DNA of 64,000 nucleotides, from contig OZ271854.1 in the NCBI GenBank assembly GCA_965601925.1, positions 1,536,001 to 1,600,000 of the forward strand, in the 5' to 3' direction. Under the pieces are notes generated by a model. That model ran no database searches. It had not been told where the DNA came from and saw nothing but the letters and a program-made list of their open reading frames with translations. Numbering within the stretch: position 1 is the first letter of the stretch; each line of letters begins with the position of its first letter. A program made the translations under genes and the position numbers. Shown here piece by piece: positions 18,354 to 27,211 of the stretch. This DNA comes from Alkalispirochaeta sp. GTDB taxonomy: Bacteria; Spirochaetota; Spirochaetia; DSM-27196; Alkalispirochaetaceae.

Positions 18354-19049
18354 TCACACCGAACAGTCGCACTTGATTAGTTCAATGCGTCCCGTCTCTA
18401 CGTCTGTGGTCCGTTTCAGGACGAAATCGAACCTGTCCAGCGCCATGCAGTACTCGAAATCGCTCTCCGGTGCGAACCCGTCCTTCGAGAAACCGTTCGC
18501 GCTCTTCGCCTTGAGGAGACGCTTGATATTTCCGAAATCAACTCGCTCGTTCTCAATCGTGCGTCTTAGATAATCCGCAAATAGATAGTCTTCATCGCCG
18601 AGTCTGCCGTTCTTTCGCGCCGTGCAGTATAGATGGAGCGCGCCAGGTCGCGTCCTCTCCGCGTATCGCCGAACGGCCGCCGCATTGACGAAGCTTCCGC
18701 ATACGACATCGTTGTCCGACCGTTGTCTTAAGAGTCCCTTCGTTCCGGCCGTCGTTGTATGAACGACAATCTTGTCCTCGAGATTTGAACCTCGAATTTC
18801 GGTCGGAGAGTTCCCATACTCGAATCCGTCGATCCGAACGCCTCCCCGTTCCCCGACCAAGACCGTATGCGCGGCGTGTTCGCGCCGAATCTCGAGCGCT
18901 GCCTCGATGCTATCGACGGGAATCAGTTTCTTAGGATTCTGTTCCGCAATGTAACAGTTGGTCGAGAACGCTCGAAACACGTCGATCACGACGACCAACC
19001 CTCTGACGCACTCAACGTCCGCGGTAGGCTCCCAGATCTTGATGTCCAT
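18354..19049 (-). CDS. comB: 2-phosphosulfolactate phosphatase family
   Basis: VVIDVFRAFST, GERGG...FEYGNSP, TTTAGT, DEDYLFA. Confidence 0.85.
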   Translation of the reverse strand: MDIKIWEPTADVECVRGLVVVIDVFRAFSTNCYIAEQNPKKLIPVDSIEAALEIRREHAAHTVLVGERGGVRIDGFEYGNSPTEIRGSNLEDKIVVHTTTAGTKGLLRQRSDNDVVCGSFVNAAAVRRYAERTRPGALHLYCTARKNGRLGDEDYLFADYLRRTIENERVDFGNIKRLLKAKSANGFSKDGFAPESDFEYCMALDRFDFVLKRTTDVETGRIELIKCDCSV

Positions 19050-19219
19050 CGGCCTACAGTGCCGAGAACTCGAACATTTTTCTACTGCGTCATTACACCG
19101 AGCTGCGCGACGGTGGCCGGCGGCCCGACGAAGGGTTCGGCGTGCATCATCTGCATGGAGTCATCGGCGTAGCCGTTGCTACGACGAACGCGCCGCTCCA
19201 TAATGTCTCACCGCCTATG

Positions 19220-19720
19220 AATGGAAACGACATGACGAGCAAGAGAGAGCTCGGCGACCGAGCCGCGCCGATCGTACACCGATTCGCTCATCTCACGGAG
19301 GCTGCGATCGACGCCTCCTCCATGATCTACATGCTCAAGGCGGGTTTTCTCGGTCTGTTGGGCTCCACAATTAGCCTCAAGACGATTCCGAGCGTCTTTG
19401 ACGAGACGGGGTGGCCGTCGCTCCCGGTGATCGTCCTCGAAGAGGAGACCGACGATCGCCCCAACGACGAGAAGCTCCTCGACTTCGCGGTTCGATCGGC
19501 TCTTCCTTTCATCTCCGAAGACCGCGCGCTGCTTCTCGCCGCCGGGCGCAGCGGATTGGACTACTACAACAGCCTCATGATGCTCGCGTTCCTACGGCAT
19601 CGCGGGCGTATCGACGAGGCGTGGTACGACGAAGCGCTCGGCCGAATCCTGACGATCGGTCGGTACGACGACGACGTACTCCGACGTTTCGATGAGATTT
19701 CGAGTTCGTTGTTCCGCTGA
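19220..19720 (+). CDS. PIN-domain-like hypothetical protein
   Basis: IDASSMIY...SVFDE...NDEKLL...ISEDRAL acidic pattern. Confidence 0.55.
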   Translation, partial: NGNDMTSKRELGDRAAPIVHRFAHLTEAAIDASSMIYMLKAGFLGLLGSTISLKTIPSVFDETGWPSLPVIVLEEETDDRPNDEKLLDFAVRSALPFISEDRALLLAAGRSGLDYYNSLMMLAFLRHRGRIDEAWYDEALGRILTIGRYDDDVLRRFDEISSSLFR

Positions 19721-19834
19721 GCCGGCGGGGATGGCGTGCGTGCGGTCGACCGACGGGTGATGTTCGACGTGGAGCCCACCACGCTTCCGTTGTGCAGCGT
19801 ACTCTCTGTTTCGCCGGCCGTCGCCGGCGCCCGC

Positions 19835-20539
19835 CTATGGCCGCGCGCCGCCTACAAACTCCATCTCCAAATCCACCGTCTCTCCGACGCTTGCGACGAT
19901 GGAGTTGCCGCCGACGTAGGGAATCGTAATATCGAAATCGTCCCAGCGGATCGTCGTCCGGACGCGGCCGGTAATCTCTTCTTCGCTGTCGAGGGCGACG
20001 GACACCGCAAATGTCACGCGGCTGGTCACGTCTCGAATCGTAAGCTCTCCCCTCACGTCGAATCGAACGACCTCTCCCACCCCAAGTGCCTCAAACCTCG
20101 TCGGGTCGCTGGTCGGTGTGAAGACGGCAAACTCATACTCGTCCCGGTTGGACTCCAGAATGAGCGTGCGAATCGTGCGATCGCGCACTTCATCGTCCGT
20201 CTCGATCGTGCGAACGTTAATGACGAACTCGCCGACCTCGACTTCCCCGGTGGCGAAGTCTACGGCAATGGAACCGTCAATCTGATTCGTCGTGCCCACG
20301 ACCGTGTTCTCTACGCCCCGGAGGACCTCCTCGATGAGAAATCGCGCCTCGGAGCGCTCCGAGACGACCTCGTACACGACCGCTTCAACGCGCTGAGGTT
20401 CCAACGATGCCGCGTCAGCCTCCGCAGACGGCTCTCCACTTCCCCCGGCAAACCAGATATAGGCGAGAAACGCCGCTCCCGCGGCGACGACAACCACGAC
20501 GACTACGAGGAGAACCCGCAGTATTCCCTTCATGTTCAT
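19835..20539 (-). CDS. YceI family protein
   Basis: SEARFLIEE, RDRTIR, GELTIRDVT, DFDI; N-terminal TM. Confidence 0.88.
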   Translation of the reverse strand: MNMKGILRVLLVVVVVVVAAGAAFLAYIWFAGGSGEPSAEADAASLEPQRVEAVVYEVVSERSEARFLIEEVLRGVENTVVGTTNQIDGSIAVDFATGEVEVGEFVINVRTIETDDEVRDRTIRTLILESNRDEYEFAVFTPTSDPTRFEALGVGEVVRFDVRGELTIRDVTSRVTFAVSVALDSEEEITGRVRTTIRWDDFDITIPYVGGNSIVASVGETVDLEMEFVGGARP

Positions 20540-20675
20540 ACCCCAAACATACGGAGAAGCAGATAAGAATACAAAGGGGGTACACAACGCGCAATGCTCG
20601 CCCGGTAGTGGGTACGTTTCCCTTGTCCGCGGTCGCGACACGGGCGGGCGTCGACGCGTCGATTTCGAGGCCCCC

Positions 20676-21260
20676 TTACCGCTTCGAGAGCTGCGTGATA
20701 TGCGCCTTCACCGCCGGCCACTCGCTGTGCAGGATCGAGTAGACCGCCGTATCGCGGTAGGTCCCGTCGGCGAGGATACGATGGTTCCGTAAGATACCGT
20801 CCAGGTGCGCTCCCAGCCGCTCGATCGCGGCACGAGAACGACGATTCAACCGATGGGCACGAAACTCCACGGCGATGCACCGCAGCGTCTCAAAGGCGTG
20901 AGTGAGGAGTAGTCGCTTCGCTTCGGTATTGACCCCGGTCCGCTGTCGAGAGGCTGCGTACCACGTGTAGCCGATCTCCACACGCCGGTTCTCCTCATCG
21001 GGATTACACAGGCGCGTCGTTCCGATTGCCCGACCGGTCCGGCGATCGATCACGGCAAAGGGAAGGTCGCCCACCTCATCGCGACGAGCCATCGCCGCTC
21101 GGTACCACCCGTCGATCTCGCCGGGCTTCGGTACGGACGTGACCCAAAGACGCCACAACTCCCCGTCGTTAACCGCCGCGGCAAGATCGGAGAGGTGATC
21201 CTCGGCGAGCGGTACCAGCTCGACACCCTTCCCGACGAGCACGGTATTCGAAAGCCACAT
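20676..21260 (-). CDS. GNAT/RimL-like N-acetyltransferase
   Basis: EIGYTWYAASRQRTGVNTEAK...NRRSRAAIERLGAHLDGILRNH. Confidence 0.92.
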   Translation of the reverse strand: MWLSNTVLVGKGVELVPLAEDHLSDLAAAVNDGELWRLWVTSVPKPGEIDGWYRAAMARRDEVGDLPFAVIDRRTGRAIGTTRLCNPDEENRRVEIGYTWYAASRQRTGVNTEAKRLLLTHAFETLRCIAVEFRAHRLNRRSRAAIERLGAHLDGILRNHRILADGTYRDTAVYSILHSEWPAVKAHITQLSKR

Positions 21261-21545
21261 CAAGAAACAAGCATATCGGCCGCCGCCCACCCCGGCAAGC
21301 GACGCTCAATGCACCGGCAAAACCCGCTCCCCACCCAACACTCCGGGCGCCACCGAGCGCTCCGAGTTCCACAAGAGCGGCCGTGAGCGCACCCTCCGGC
21401 TCCGCCGGCCGAGCGCTCGCCGCCGTCTCCGCTCACAGTCGACACGGGCACCCGGGAAACGCACCGCCCGGCTTCCCTCCCCATCCGATCCTTCAAGCGG
21501 TCCCCAAGTGCCCCGGTATCGCTGCGGAACGGCGATCGCGGCACC

Positions 21546-21615
21546 GTGCGACTTCGGGCCGGTTGCGTACCGCAGAACCGTTCTGCGGACGCAACCTCCC
21601 TGGCCCGCTGAGCAC
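21546..21615 (+). repeat. Structured dispersed element, copy 1
   Basis: gtgcgacttcgggccggttgcgtaccgcag...acgcaacc...gctgagcac; homologous to reverse complement of 54246-54311. Confidence 0.75.
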
Positions 21616-21702
21616 GGGGACGCTGCCGACGTTCCGCTCACAGTTACCACAAGCACTTCGGGAACGCGCCGGTGTACATGACGACCCGATGCGCGGTAGG
21701 TT

Positions 21703-23346
21703 ATGCCCCAGATGGATACGGTATACGTAGCAGGACATAGGAATCCCGACATGGACTGCGTGTGCGCCGCCTATTGTTACGCTGCGCTCAAGCGGAAGAT
21801 CGACCCCGATACCGACTACGTGCCGATCCGCTCGGGTCCATTGAGTGCCCAAATCAGAGATGTATTTCATCTCGCCGGGGCTGCGGTACCCGAGCACTAC
21901 GACACGATCGCACCGACGGTGGGGCTGGTAGCCAAAACGGCGCCCGCGACCCTCAAGCCGGAAGATCCGGTTCTCGAGGCGTTTCGCGAGGTAGAGCACC
22001 AGACCATCAGCGCCATTCCGATATTCAACCACGACGACGAGTTTGTCGGCGTAGTGGGTATCAACGAGATCACCTCCTATGTCTTGGCTCAGAATCGAAG
22101 TGAGCGTCCGATCTACTCGTTTCTTGTTGAGAACCTGGCGCGAGTTCTCCCCGGGACGTTGATCAAGAAGGGCGCGAGCACGAGCTTCGACGCGCCGGTC
22201 GTGAGCGGTTCCATGCCGCACGAACGTTCGATTGAGCTCATCAGCACGATCGATCCACCGCCGCTCTTGGTGGTGGGAAATCGTGAAGAGATACTCGCGC
22301 ACGCGGTCGAGGCGCAGCTGCCGGCGATCGTCGTCACCGGATTGCATGAGGGTGAGAGCCTCGCCGTCGACGTGGCGGGGTTTCGCGGTTCGGTGTACCG
22401 GTCCGCGACCGATACGGCCGAGACGATCCGGCTATTGCGGCTTAGCTCCCCGGTGCAAAAGATCATGGACGGCGACATTCCACGCCTGGACGCGCACACG
22501 CTCTTCGATCGCGTCAAAAATGACCTTCTGAACTCGAAGTATCGCGGTCTGCCGGTGTTCGAGGAGGGGCATTTTATCGGAATGGTAAGTCGCCGATCAT
22601 TTATCGAGCGCCCGCGCCGCAAACTCATCATGGTAGACCACAACGAGGTGTCGCAGGCGGTCGCCGGGGCCGAGGAGGCCGAAATTCTCGAAATTGTGGA
22701 TCATCACCGCCTTGCGCCCCCATCCACTACCCAGCCGATTGCGGTGACGACCCGCGTCGTCGGAAGCACCTGTACCCTCGTCTACGAGGAGTTCGCCAAC
22801 CGCGGGCTCGGATTGGACCGCGATGCGGCGATTCTCCTTCTTTCGGGAATCATATCCGATACGGTGAACCTCCACTCGCCGACGACCACCGAGGCCGATC
22901 GAAGAGCCGTCTATCGCTTGGAAACGATTACCGGCATTTCCGCTGCGGAACACGCAAAGCGACTCTTCGCGCAGCTCAAGGCGTTGGAGAAACGCGAGCC
23001 GCAGGAGATCGTTCTTTCGGACTTCAAGCAGTACACCCACGCCGGCGTCAGCTTCGGCATCGGTCAGGTGGAGGTCACGACACTTTCCGACTCCGACACC
23101 TATCGACCGCGGCTGGTCAGCGCACTCGATACGGTGGGACGAGACAAAGGTCTCGCGTGGACGATGATCATGGTGACCGATGTAATGAAGCGCAACAGCA
23201 TGCTGTTGACTTCGGATTACGAGGAGGCGGAGTCGTCGCTCCCCTTCGCGAAGGTCGCCGACCACACCTACGACATGCCCGGCGTCCTATCGCGGAAGAA
23301 GCAGCTCTTACCCGAAGTTATGCGTCTCCTGAGCGAATTGCGATAG
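21703..23346 (+). CDS. ppaC: Mn-dependent inorganic pyrophosphatase, family II with CBS-DRTGG insert
   Basis: GHRNPDMD, VDHNE, DHH, IISDT, SDFK, GVLSRKKQLLP. Confidence 0.93.
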   Translation: MPQMDTVYVAGHRNPDMDCVCAAYCYAALKRKIDPDTDYVPIRSGPLSAQIRDVFHLAGAAVPEHYDTIAPTVGLVAKTAPATLKPEDPVLEAFREVEHQTISAIPIFNHDDEFVGVVGINEITSYVLAQNRSERPIYSFLVENLARVLPGTLIKKGASTSFDAPVVSGSMPHERSIELISTIDPPPLLVVGNREEILAHAVEAQLPAIVVTGLHEGESLAVDVAGFRGSVYRSATDTAETIRLLRLSSPVQKIMDGDIPRLDAHTLFDRVKNDLLNSKYRGLPVFEEGHFIGMVSRRSFIERPRRKLIMVDHNEVSQAVAGAEEAEILEIVDHHRLAPPSTTQPIAVTTRVVGSTCTLVYEEFANRGLGLDRDAAILLLSGIISDTVNLHSPTTTEADRRAVYRLETITGISAAEHAKRLFAQLKALEKREPQEIVLSDFKQYTHAGVSFGIGQVEVTTLSDSDTYRPRLVSALDTVGRDKGLAWTMIMVTDVMKRNSMLLTSDYEEAESSLPFAKVADHTYDMPGVLSRKKQLLPEVMRLLSELR

Positions 23347-23373
23347 CCGACACGCGCTATGCGGACGGCGCGC

Positions 23374-23997
23374 TTAGTGCGGCATCATAAGCACGCCCGA
23401 CAGCGTCTCGGTCGCAAACGTCTCAACTCCGGACAGAAGCATCTGCGTCGCCATCGTAGTGAGTATCATACCCATGAGTCGCTCGAGGGCAGCCAACCCG
23501 CGGCGGCCGAGAGCACGCCGCAGCACGTCCGCCGATACCAACACCGTCGCCGCGGCCAACCATGCGGCAACGAGGGCGATCATCCAATCGCCCAACTGAT
23601 CCGGAAACTGCGTCGAAAAGAGAATGAGCGTCGCCATGGCCGACGGCCCCGCTACCAGGGGTACCGCCAACGGCACGATGAGCGGTTCCTCCCCACCCTC
23701 GTTCGTCTCTGCGGCAGCGGTGTGACGAGAGGGAAAGATCATCCGTAGTGCGATCAGAAAGAGTATTACACCACCACCGATACTCAACGCCGGTTGAGAA
23801 ATGTTCATCCCGCTGAGAATGTACTGTCCGAAAAGGAGAAACAACGAAAGTATGACGAGCGCGATGACCATCTCGCGAAAAATAATCCTCCGGCGTCGCG
23901 TAGGTTCCACGTTGTTCAGAACACTCAAAAAAATGGGAATATTGCCCAGGGGATCGAGAACCAAAAAGAGTGTAATGGCCGCGGTGTAGATGCTCAT
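23374..23997 (-). CDS. MarC family membrane protein
   Basis: LDPLGNIP, IVPLAVPLVAGP, LERLMGMIL. Confidence 0.93.
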   Translation of the reverse strand: MSIYTAAITLFLVLDPLGNIPIFLSVLNNVEPTRRRRIIFREMVIALVILSLFLLFGQYILSGMNISQPALSIGGGVILFLIALRMIFPSRHTAAAETNEGGEEPLIVPLAVPLVAGPSAMATLILFSTQFPDQLGDWMIALVAAWLAAATVLVSADVLRRALGRRGLAALERLMGMILTTMATQMLLSGVETFATETLSGVLMMPH

Positions 23998-24236
23998 CGT
24001 CGCATTCCTTTCATGATCCTCGTGGGGCGCCGCCCGGCAACACTGACACGGTACGCCGGCGCCTCGATCGGTCTCCGTCTATCGAAGCCGACCGCTGAAA
24101 CGTACCGGCGCCTGTACTTCCGTATCGTGGGGGCGCATTCGTCGTTGTCGTACGAGGGAATCTTCGCGGTACCGTATCGCCGACACCGAGAGAGGTCAAT
24201 ATCGAAACGTCTGTTCAGCGGGGCGTCCGAACTACG

Positions 24237-25034
24237 TCACCGGCTTGTTCGGTGTTCGACCAACTGTACCATGTACTCGAGATCGTCGGAGTTGAGCTCG
24301 GACTCGATAATCGTGATACCCACATCGACCACCGTCCCGGCCGGTTGCGGCCCGCCGATGGTCGTGTCATAGCGAATCGACTCTTTCGGGTACTCGCCGC
24401 CGGCGGCTTGCATGTCGAAAAACGGTTCATCCGCCAACGTTCGATCTCTGAGCGCGTCGACCGATTCGACACCGAAAAACGAGGCGGCCTCGCGATTCGC
24501 GTCCACGAGACGCCCGGCGGCGTCATAAATCATGATCGGTATCAGCGACTGTTCGAATATCGTGCGAAAGTGACGTTCCCGCGCGCGAACGACTCGCTCC
24601 GAGCGGTGGCGCGTGATGGCGGTCTGGAGAGTGCTGTCCAATTCGGTACGCGACCATGGTTTTACCAAATAGCCGTAGGGCGAAATACTCAATGCGCGAC
24701 GAATCGTCGTACGATCGGTGTGAGCGGTAAGAAACACGACGGGAATTCCCTGATTCGAACAAATGTGCTCCGCCGTCTCAACGCCGTCCTGCGCTCCGTC
24801 GATTTTGATATCCATAAGCGCGACGTCGGGAAGATGCTCCTCGGCCAAATTCTCGGCGGTCCGTCCGTCGGCGCAACGATACACATCGCGATATCCCAAG
24901 TCCTGTAGAGTGTTCTGGAGATCCAGGGCGATCAACGCCTCATCCTCGACTACCAAAACGGATGAGGCGGAACGAAGGTCCACATTCCGGTCACGAGCGG
25001 CTCTCGCAGATAGATCAAATATTTCGGGGTTCAT
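24237..25034 (-). CDS. Response regulator (REC + PAS)
   Basis: VVEDE, LMDIKI, FLTAH, YLVKP; followed by PAS (FRTIFEQ...DANREA). Confidence 0.85.
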   Translation of the reverse strand: MNPEIFDLSARAARDRNVDLRSASSVLVVEDEALIALDLQNTLQDLGYRDVYRCADGRTAENLAEEHLPDVALMDIKIDGAQDGVETAEHICSNQGIPVVFLTAHTDRTTIRRALSISPYGYLVKPWSRTELDSTLQTAITRHRSERVVRARERHFRTIFEQSLIPIMIYDAAGRLVDANREAASFFGVESVDALRDRTLADEPFFDMQAAGGEYPKESIRYDTTIGGPQPAGTVVDVGITIIESELNSDDLEYMVQLVEHRTSR

Positions 25035-25087
25035 GTCGGAATCTCTTACCTTGAATTGTAAATTATTACGGCTCCGATTTCTAATTT

Positions 25088-25930
25088 CTATCGAGAATAA
25101 ATGGAAACAACGACCGGCCCGGGTCGTCTGAGCGGTATCCGGCTCGGCAATACCTCGCCACCCGGGAGCTCGACGAGCGCGGAGCGTCCCCCGTCGAGGT
25201 TGAGCGCCCACGTTACTCCGGCCTCGGTCATCACGACGGCCAACTCATTCGTAGTGAGGCCGGCCCGGCCCGGTCCCGGACCGATACGGCTCCCCTCGGC
25301 GACGACGACTATCGTCTCGCGCCGATTACCGCCGACGGCGACGCGGGCTGCGCGGACCTGCCGCCCCGGATATCGGCCGGCAACATTGATCCCGTCCCGT
25401 ACCAACGGATAAAAGGCGCCCGCAGCGAGCCGGTACTCGTCCAGCGCCGCCGCCGGAAGCAAGCTCGCTTGCTCCCGCATCGACCAGCGGCATTCGGAGT
25501 CCACCACCAAAGCCCAATAGGGCGGTCGCGGCGCGCTTTCGAGCACGGCACCGTCGTAGACGATACCGACGGGCACCCGACCGTCGGCGTCATACCGCCA
25601 CGGTGTTACATTCACTGCGAGTGCCGACATGTCTCGGCGAGTATCGTCCGCCGCGCTTCGCCGAAGCTCGACACACGGCGCTTCACCGAGGCGAACAACC
25701 GTAACTCTCGCAACGTTGCTCCGGCGCACGGACCGTCGGTCGTCGATGCGTCTCCCCCCCGGGACGACGACAAAAAAAGACTCGACTGTTTGTGGTGACG
25801 GTGCGGCGTGCTTGTCCCGATACTCGACCGCCGACCGGGTAGCGCACGAGGCGCACACTAATGCGACAATCCAGAGGCTCGGAATAAGAACCGCTCGCCG
25901 CCCATTCACCGCTGACGCGGAACCGGTCAC
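25088..25930 (-). CDS. Phosphodiester glycosidase (NAGPA-like) family lipoprotein
   Basis: ARVAVG, VVAEG, ALNLDGGRS; CASC lipobox-like motif. Confidence 0.75.
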   Translation of the reverse strand: MTGSASAVNGRRAVLIPSLWIVALVCASCATRSAVEYRDKHAAPSPQTVESFFVVVPGGRRIDDRRSVRRSNVARVTVVRLGEAPCVELRRSAADDTRRDMSALAVNVTPWRYDADGRVPVGIVYDGAVLESAPRPPYWALVVDSECRWSMREQASLLPAAALDEYRLAAGAFYPLVRDGINVAGRYPGRQVRAARVAVGGNRRETIVVVAEGSRIGPGPGRAGLTTNELAVVMTEAGVTWALNLDGGRSALVELPGGEVLPSRIPLRRPGPVVVSIYSR

Positions 25931-25931
25931 A

Positions 25932-27209
25932 TCACGGCCGGACGCGCTTTCGATCCCTGGGAAAGAGAGAGGCTTCCTTCACGTTTTGGAGCCCAAGAAT
26001 CTTCTGAGTAATCCGCTCCAAGCCGATCGCAAACCCACCGTGGGGAGGGCACCCGTACTTGAAAATCGTGCAGTAATCACCCAACCCCTCTTCGGTGAGC
26101 CCGAACTTCGGGAGCGTTTCGGTAAGCATGCGATAATCGTGAATGCGCTGACCACCGGTAGTAATCTCGAGTCCGCGAAAGAGCAGATCGAAACTGCGCG
26201 TCCCCCGTCCTTCGGGATAGGTGTAGAACGGTCGCTTCTTTCGCGGGAACCCGAAGACGAATACCGCCTCGACGCCGTGCTCCTCAGCCGCCCACTCGCA
26301 GAGGACCCGCTCTCCCTCGGGATTGATCTCAAAGGCGGTCTTGCCGGTCCGCGCCCTGATGATCGTTTTGGCCTTGTCATGGTTGATTCTGGGGGTACGT
26401 GCAATCTCATCGGCGCTCGGCACGGTTGCGTCGAACTCCTTGAGAATATCGCCGTGGTCGTCGGCGACCCTGGAGAAGATGTGGCCCAATAGGCCCACTT
26501 CCAGATCCATCACATCGGATTCGCTGTCGATAAACCCCATCTCAACGTCGAGTGAGACGTACTCGTTCAGATGTCGCGGGGTATCGTGCTTCTCGGCGCG
26601 ATACGCGGCGCCGATCTCAAAGACGCGCTCCAGCCCGCTCGAGACCATCGCCTGCTTGTAGAACTGGGGGCTCTGGGCGAGATACACCCGCTCGCCGAAA
26701 TAGTCGACGGAGAACAGCCCCGTGCCCCCCTCGGTACCCGACCCGATGATCTTGGACGACTTGATCTCGGTAAATCCCTCGCTCCTCAGCCAGTCGGCGA
26801 AATAGTGCACGATCGCCGCCTGGAGTTCGAATATGCGGCGAATGTGCGGATTACGAAGGCTGACGATCCGATTGTCGAGAACTGAATCGATACCGACGTT
26901 GCCGAGATCTTGATTGACGGCGATCGGAAGATCGGGGTCGGCCTCCGCAAGAACCTCGGTCTCGGCGACGTGAAGCTCGTAGCCGCCGGGAGCCTTGTCA
27001 TTCGCACTGACCGTACCGCCGACGGTGACTACCGTTTCGTTACCGAACGTGGGCGGCGTTTGGTACACCAACTGCGCCATACCGCTGCGATCCCGCACCA
27101 TTACGAAGGTGATACCGCCGAGGTTCCGCACACGGTGGACCCATCCGGACACGGTGATATGCTCGTCGGCGTGGCGGGCTAAATCGGCCGCCAAAACTCT
27201 CTCATTCAT
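25932..27209 (-). CDS. aspS: Non-discriminating, archaeal-type (short) aspartyl-tRNA synthetase
   Basis: 425 aa without GAD insert; LAQSPQFYKQ, YRAEKHDTPRHLNE, GGQR, PPHGGFAIGLER. Confidence 0.92.
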   Translation of the reverse strand: MNERVLAADLARHADEHITVSGWVHRVRNLGGITFVMVRDRSGMAQLVYQTPPTFGNETVVTVGGTVSANDKAPGGYELHVAETEVLAEADPDLPIAVNQDLGNVGIDSVLDNRIVSLRNPHIRRIFELQAAIVHYFADWLRSEGFTEIKSSKIIGSGTEGGTGLFSVDYFGERVYLAQSPQFYKQAMVSSGLERVFEIGAAYRAEKHDTPRHLNEYVSLDVEMGFIDSESDVMDLEVGLLGHIFSRVADDHGDILKEFDATVPSADEIARTPRINHDKAKTIIRARTGKTAFEINPEGERVLCEWAAEEHGVEAVFVFGFPRKKRPFYTYPEGRGTRSFDLLFRGLEITTGGQRIHDYRMLTETLPKFGLTEEGLGDYCTIFKYGCPPHGGFAIGLERITQKILGLQNVKEASLFPRDRKRVRP

Positions 27210-27211
27210 CG

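Noticed and set aside
24011..24239. Stop-codon readthrough of the response regulator TGA
   Set aside because: Downstream frame shows no domain-like sequence and no SECIS-like evidence
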